This document shows, piece by piece, positions 58,986-64,000 of a DNA stretch of 64,000 nt (position 1 is its first letter; every line of letters begins with the position of its first letter). Below the pieces are notes generated by a model. The model had not been told where the DNA came from, did no database searches, and was given only the letters and a program-made list of their open reading frames with translations. This DNA comes from Ignavibacteriota bacterium (GTDB lineage: Bacteria; Bacteroidota; Ignavibacteria; UBA10030), in assembly GCA_003142475.1 (NCBI GenBank), contig PLMK01000006.1:10225-74224 (forward strand), in the 5' to 3' direction. The position numbers were made by a program, and so were the translations under genes.

Positions 58986-60821
58986 ATGATAAAGGTATTT
59001 GGACATAAAGCGCTCTTGTTCATTTTAAACTTTACACTTTGTACTTTTACTCTTGCCCAAGATACTGATAAGCTTGCAAAACTTCGTCTGGCACAGGGAT
59101 TTGAAGAAGCTGGTGAGTGGGAACGTGCAGCAGCTCTCTACGAAGATCTCAGCACCTTAGAGCCGAATAATTTTTTATTCCTCGATGGACTTCAGCGTAG
59201 TTACACGCAAATCAAAGAGTATGGCAAAGCTATCAACGTTATTCGCCGATGGCTGATTTTTCAACCGCAAGATATGAATAAGATGACTACACTCGGCGGA
59301 CTCTATTATGATTCTGGCAACGAAGTAGCTGCCGACTCTGTTTGGAAATCAGTCATTGCCACTAATCCGCATAATTTACAAATTTACCGCGTTGTCGCCA
59401 ATGAAATGTTGCAGCATCGGATGTACGACCAATGTATCCGCATTTATCTTGCGGGGCGTTCGATGACCAAGAGCGACGCAACGTTTGCAGATGAATTAGG
59501 AAATCTTTACGCTGCGCTTCAGCAGTACGCATCTGCATCAAAAGAATATCTCCGTCTCATCAACACAGCGCCGGAACAATTGTCTTTTGTTCAATTGCGT
59601 CTCAGTGCATTTACTACAAAACCGGAAGGCATCAGCGCCGCATCTAAGACCGTTAAGGATGAAATAAGAAACTCACCGGACAATATCGCACTGCATCGAT
59701 TGTATACGTGGCTATTATCAGAGGAACGACGCTACGATGAAGCGTTAGAGCAATATCGCATCATCGATCGTCTCTCTAATGCGAACGGTAACGAACTCTA
59801 CAACTTCGCCCAGAGGCTTCAGCAAGAACGCGCATACAAAACCTCTGCGGAAGCATTTAAAGAAATTATCAATGAACATAAAAATTTGCCTCTTCTCCCA
59901 TATGCACATTTTGGATATGCAAGAGCACTTGAGGAACTGATTGCTCAGACGGATTCGGTGGTATTGTCATCAGAATCGCAGCCAACGTACAATAAACCAA
60001 TTCAATTGTACGAATCGCTCGTCGCCGAATATGCGAATCCAGATCTCACTGCTCAATCATTGTATCGTATTGGCGTTATAAAATTTGACAAACTTTTCGA
60101 CCTCGATGGTGCTCTTAATGCATTCAACCGAATGAATAACGTACCGTCAACATCAAATATTTCCAATGATGCTGTGCTAAAGATAGGTGATATACAGATC
60201 GCGCGGAACGATCTTGCCGAAGCACGGAAAGAATATAACCGGCTTAGCAAGATTTCGCCAGCGATGTATCAAGATCAAGCGGCATTCAAATTAGCGGAAT
60301 TAAATTACTTCGAAGCGAAATTCGATTCAGCGCTATCAATTCTGAAATGGTTTAATACGAATCTCAATACAGACTTGACGAACGATGCGTTGCATCTGCA
60401 ATTCTTTATTCAGGAAAACAATACTTCTGCACCTCAGGCATTAACGGAATTTGCCAAAGCTGACTTGCTGATACGTCAGCATAAATACTCAGAGTCACTT
60501 GTGCAGTTTCAAGATATTGCCAAACATTATTCAACAGCCTTGTTGATGGATGACGCGATGATGAAGATTGGTGAACTGTATCTTTTATTAAAACATCCCA
60601 ACGAAGCAATTGCGGCATTCCACTTTATTGCCGACTCGATTCAGTTGAGCATTCTCAAAGACCGGGCACAGTTTAGAATTGCAGAAATTTATCAAACGAT
60701 ATTAAACAAGAAGACACAAGCGATTGAAGCGTACGAGAAACTGCTGGCACAATTTCCGAATTCTCTTTATGCGGAAGAATCTAGGAAGCGCATACGGTTA
60801 TTGAGGGGAGATAATCTGTAA
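58986..60821 (+). CDS. secreted tetratricopeptide-repeat protein
   Basis: Signal peptide and many TPR-like helical repeats. Confidence 0.6.
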   Translation: MIKVFGHKALLFILNFTLCTFTLAQDTDKLAKLRLAQGFEEAGEWERAAALYEDLSTLEPNNFLFLDGLQRSYTQIKEYGKAINVIRRWLIFQPQDMNKMTTLGGLYYDSGNEVAADSVWKSVIATNPHNLQIYRVVANEMLQHRMYDQCIRIYLAGRSMTKSDATFADELGNLYAALQQYASASKEYLRLINTAPEQLSFVQLRLSAFTTKPEGISAASKTVKDEIRNSPDNIALHRLYTWLLSEERRYDEALEQYRIIDRLSNANGNELYNFAQRLQQERAYKTSAEAFKEIINEHKNLPLLPYAHFGYARALEELIAQTDSVVLSSESQPTYNKPIQLYESLVAEYANPDLTAQSLYRIGVIKFDKLFDLDGALNAFNRMNNVPSTSNISNDAVLKIGDIQIARNDLAEARKEYNRLSKISPAMYQDQAAFKLAELNYFEAKFDSALSILKWFNTNLNTDLTNDALHLQFFIQENNTSAPQALTEFAKADLLIRQHKYSESLVQFQDIAKHYSTALLMDDAMMKIGELYLLLKHPNEAIAAFHFIADSIQLSILKDRAQFRIAEIYQTILNKKTQAIEAYEKLLAQFPNSLYAEESRKRIRLLRGDNL

Positions 60822-60834
60822 TATCTGAAAGACT

Positions 60835-60888
60835 TGTAGGGACATTCAATTTTTGCCGCCAATCTTTATGGCAGGAAACGTCCCTACA
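60835..60888. terminator. hairpin between convergent genes
   Basis: tgtagggac ... gtccctaca 9-bp stem with a structured loop, followed by ttgttatttc. Confidence 0.45.
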
Positions 60889-60903
60889 TTGTTATTTCAA
60901 TTA

Positions 60904-62730
60904 TTACGCATGTTCAGTTTCTTTCTTTTTCTTCTTCGCTTCACCGTTTGATTTCCATACAAACAGTCCGCGCTTCTCATATGTCGTGTGTAGAAGATGA
61001 TGGGAAATATGTCCCAGCGGCTCCTTTAAGAATTCTTTATATAATGCCACAACTTCCGGGTTTTCATGTGATTTACGAATCAGTTTATGAGCATCTTCTG
61101 CATAAATGGATTCTGCGCGTTTCTTTCTTATATCCCATGTAGTAGGAATCGGCTGGCCGCCACCGCCAAGGCATCCACCCGGACATGTCATCACTTCAAT
61201 GAATGCATACGGCGATTCACCTTTTTCTATTTGCTCTAAAAGCTTCCGCGCATTGCCCAAGGTGTGTGCGACGGCTACTTTTACTTTTGTGCCGTTCATA
61301 TCAATTTCCGCTTCTTTTATTCCTTCCATTCCACGGACAGAGGTCAAATTGATATTCGCGAGCGGCTTTCCTGTTACGACTTCATATACTGTTCGTAAGG
61401 CAGCTTCCATAACTCCTCCAGTCGCACCGAAGATCACTGCTGCACCGGTGGATTCGCCGATCGGACTGTCAAATTCCTCAGCAGGAAGTCCCGAAAATTG
61501 AATGCCGGATTCTTTGAACATCCGAGCAAGCTCTCTTGTCGTCAAGACATAGTCGACATCATAGAACGCGTCATCATTAGACCATCCTTTTTTATCTTTC
61601 CAATGCTCGAACGCACTCATCATCTCGGGGCGCTTTGCTTCATATTTCTTCGCTGTGCATGGCATAATTGAAACGACGACCATCTTCCGCGGATCGATTC
61701 CCATTTTTGCTGCATAATATGTTTTCGCTACTGATCCGAACATCTGCTGCGGTGATTTGCATGTGGAAAGATAATCAAGGGAATTCGGAAAGAAATGTTC
61801 TGCAAACTTGATCCATCCCGGAGAACATGAGGTAATCATTGGCAGAGTACCTTTATTCGAAAGACGTTTAAGTAATTCATGCCCTTCTTCCATAATGGTA
61901 AGATCGGCAGCAAACTGCGTATCGAAGACTTTATTGAAGCCGAGTCTGCGTAAACCGGCGACCATCTGGCCTGTCACAAGAGCACCGGAATTCATTCCCA
62001 TTGCTTCACCGATACCGACACGAATTGCGGGAGCAGTTTGCACGACAACAACTTTATCCGGATTCATGATATCTTCAAACACTTCATCTGTGTCATCCCG
62101 TTCAACAATAGCTCCGGTGGGACAAACTAACGCACACTGTCCGCAATTAGTACAGGCAACATTCCCAAGCCCTTTTTCCATATAAGTTGAAATCTTCGTT
62201 CTGATACCGCGCCCAGAAAGACCGATCGCATATACTGTTTGAACATTGCCGCAGACGGCAATACATCTGCCGCACAGGATGCACTTGTTCGGATCTCTGA
62301 TGATGGAGGGTGAGGTCTCATCACAGAGTTGTTCTTTTTTGGTTCGGATAAATCGATCTTCTTTCACACCCAAATCAGAAGCGATCGCTTGCAATTCGCA
62401 ATTCTGATTGCGCAAACATGAAAGACAATCTTTTGGGTGATTGGCAAGGATCAATTCGACGTTCGTTTTTCTTGCATCACGGATGCGCGCTGAGTTTGTC
62501 ATAATCTCTGTTCCTTCATGCACACAAGCAGTACAGGAGCGAACAAGCGACCGTGCACCTTTCACTTCAACAACGCAAACTCCGCATGAAGAATTTCTAG
62601 AAACATCTTCGAGATAACAGAGTGTCGGTATTTCAATTCCAGCGCGTTTACAGGCATCGAGGATTGTTATACCATCGGGAGCCTGATAATCGTTACCGTT
62701 AATTTTAATATTGATCATCTTCGTTTCCAT
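60904..62730 (-). CDS. [FeFe]-hydrogenase-like protein (2Fe-2S and 2x[4Fe-4S] N-terminus, H-cluster domain) with variant L1 motif
   Basis: NuoG/HydA-type N-terminus (plant-type 2Fe-2S, then CxxCxxC ferredoxin motifs). H-cluster motifs P2 MPCTAKKYE and P3 EVMTCPGGCLGGGGQP are present. P1 reads TSCSPGW rather than TSCCPGW. Confidence 0.75.
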   Translation of the reverse strand: METKMINIKINGNDYQAPDGITILDACKRAGIEIPTLCYLEDVSRNSSCGVCVVEVKGARSLVRSCTACVHEGTEIMTNSARIRDARKTNVELILANHPKDCLSCLRNQNCELQAIASDLGVKEDRFIRTKKEQLCDETSPSIIRDPNKCILCGRCIAVCGNVQTVYAIGLSGRGIRTKISTYMEKGLGNVACTNCGQCALVCPTGAIVERDDTDEVFEDIMNPDKVVVVQTAPAIRVGIGEAMGMNSGALVTGQMVAGLRRLGFNKVFDTQFAADLTIMEEGHELLKRLSNKGTLPMITSCSPGWIKFAEHFFPNSLDYLSTCKSPQQMFGSVAKTYYAAKMGIDPRKMVVVSIMPCTAKKYEAKRPEMMSAFEHWKDKKGWSNDDAFYDVDYVLTTRELARMFKESGIQFSGLPAEEFDSPIGESTGAAVIFGATGGVMEAALRTVYEVVTGKPLANINLTSVRGMEGIKEAEIDMNGTKVKVAVAHTLGNARKLLEQIEKGESPYAFIEVMTCPGGCLGGGGQPIPTTWDIRKKRAESIYAEDAHKLIRKSHENPEVVALYKEFLKEPLGHISHHLLHTTYEKRGLFVWKSNGEAKKKKKETEHA

Positions 62731-62739
62731 GGTATCCTC

Positions 62740-64000
62740 TCAATTATCCTGTTCTTCGTGGCATTTGACATCACATCGCAGACAGCGAGCCGCTTCCTGC
62801 AATGCTTCTTCTCCGGAATATCCGGCGAGAACTTCCTGGAAACTTGAAATTCGTTCCTTGATAGGAAGTTTTTTCGGATTGATTTTTTTGCCGCCTTCGG
62901 GTTCAGGAATCACTTCATCTTTATATTTGAAATCCCTGAATAACCGATGAAATCGTTTCTCCTTCATCAAATCAATATCGATTGCTTCTGCTGCTTGGCG
63001 GGCAAGTCCCATGGCTTCAGATACCGTTGCCGGACCGGTCACCGCATCGCCGCCAGCATAGACCTTCGGCAAGTTGGTACGGCAGTTTGGCTGCTGTACC
63101 TTAATCGAGCCGTTCTTCCGGAGTTCCAGGCCGATTTCCTTTGCGGGTTCAAATTCAACTTTCTCACCAACGGAAAGAATAATCGTGTTACATTCCAGAA
63201 TTGCCGTCTCACCAGTTTCTATAGGTTTCTTTCTTCCGGTATTATCGAAGCCGTCAAATCTCATTTTGTGAATTTCAAGACCTGTCACTCTTCCTTTTAT
63301 ATCACCGATGACTTGATGGGGCGCTGACAAAAACATAAATCGGATATTTTCGTCTATGGCATCTTTAATTTCGTGTGCATTCGCCGGCATTTCGTCTTTA
63401 TCGCGGCGATAGACGATTGTTACATCGGCACCGAGCCGCAGACATGAACGTGCTGCATCGATTGCCACATTTCCGGCACCGACTACGACCACCTTCTTTC
63501 CAAGGTGAAGCTTCTTGCCGCTGGCAAATTCCTCAAGAAATTCATAGCCTTGAATAACTCCGGCAAGTTGTCGGCCCGGAATATTAAGATCAATATCTTT
63601 TTGAGCACCAATAGCTATGAAGACAGCATCGTTCTGCTTTTGCAGGTTTTTGAAGGAAAGTTCTTTGCCAATACGCGTGTTGAAAACAAATTTCACTCCC
63701 AGCTTTTTGAATAGTTCGAGTTCCTTATTAAGACCATCCTTTGGCAGACGATATGCCGGAATTCCGTATTGCAGAATTCCACCAGCCTTTGCATGATTAT
63801 CATAGATTGTAACGCTGTGACCAAGACGAACAAGAAAATATGCTGCTGTCAATCCGGCCGGTCCCGCGCCAACAATAGCAACTTTCTTCCCTGTAGGTGA
63901 TAGTTTTTCTTTTATCAGCCGCTGATAAATTTCTCGTTCCTTGCCCATCTTGTACATCGTATCTGCAAGGTAGCGGTGAATATCGCCTTGTGAAACCGGA
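62740..64000 (-). CDS. GltD-like FAD/NAD(P)H oxidoreductase (glutamate synthase small-subunit family), N-terminus beyond window edge
   Basis: GKKVAIVGAGPAGL dinucleotide motif. The frame stays open upstream of the annotated ATG to the window edge, and ...GDIHRYLADTMYKMG aligns with the GltD region GNIERYINDKAFEMGW, so the N-terminal Fe-S domain probably lies outside the window. Confidence 0.65.
   Translation of the reverse strand, partial: PVSQGDIHRYLADTMYKMGKEREIYQRLIKEKLSPTGKKVAIVGAGPAGLTAAYFLVRLGHSVTIYDNHAKAGGILQYGIPAYRLPKDGLNKELELFKKLGVKFVFNTRIGKELSFKNLQKQNDAVFIAIGAQKDIDLNIPGRQLAGVIQGYEFLEEFASGKKLHLGKKVVVVGAGNVAIDAARSCLRLGADVTIVYRRDKDEMPANAHEIKDAIDENIRFMFLSAPHQVIGDIKGRVTGLEIHKMRFDGFDNTGRKKPIETGETAILECNTIILSVGEKVEFEPAKEIGLELRKNGSIKVQQPNCRTNLPKVYAGGDAVTGPATVSEAMGLARQAAEAIDIDLMKEKRFHRLFRDFKYKDEVIPEPEGGKKINPKKLPIKERISSFQEVLAGYSGEEALQEAARCLRCDVKCHEEQDN

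Noticed and set aside
63958-64000. Possible separate minus-strand gene at the window edge
   Set aside because: The frame is continuous with the GltD-like gene (no stop). It is treated as that gene's N-terminal extension rather than a new gene.

Overview
This 64-kb window looks like chromosome from a Bacteroidota/Ignavibacteria-like (FCB-group) organism. That call rests on about 40% GC, Bacteroidetes-style lipoprotein and signal peptides, and several proteins ending in type-IX-secretion C-terminal sorting domains. Most of the window is housekeeping and central metabolism: citrate synthase, EttA, a four-subunit 2-oxoacid:ferredoxin oxidoreductase, malic enzyme, dxr, rseP, an [FeFe]-hydrogenase-like gene with a GltD-like partner, protoporphyrinogen oxidase, and a tandem HpnC/HpnD-like squalene/phytoene synthase pair. 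The standout is a contiguous ~9.6-kb minus-strand cluster (28973..38583) resembling a complete porin-cytochrome extracellular electron transfer (EET) conduit. It encodes an inner-membrane 7-heme ImcH-like cytochrome, a periplasmic tetraheme cytochrome, a ~430-aa outer-membrane beta-barrel, a periplasmic cytochrome with 14 CxxCH motifs in 403 aa, two paralogous lipoprotein multiheme cytochromes, and a fused CcsBA haem lyase. Also worth attention is a ~100-bp conserved cis-element with TGTTAA direct repeats, present upstream of an LTXXQ (CpxP/Spy-like) gene and again upstream of an outer-membrane barrel gene. It sits next to an OmpR-type two-component system and suggests a Cpx-like envelope-stress regulon. 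A beta-propeller membrane sensor ends in a Cys-rich domain instead of a kinase, and is flanked by ~96-bp direct repeats that carry the fossil 3' ends of paralogous sensor and EamA genes. There is one IS1595-family transposase insertion. The [FeFe]-hydrogenase-like protein has a TSCSP variant of the H-cluster L1 motif. No CRISPR arrays, rRNA or tRNA genes were recognised by eye.
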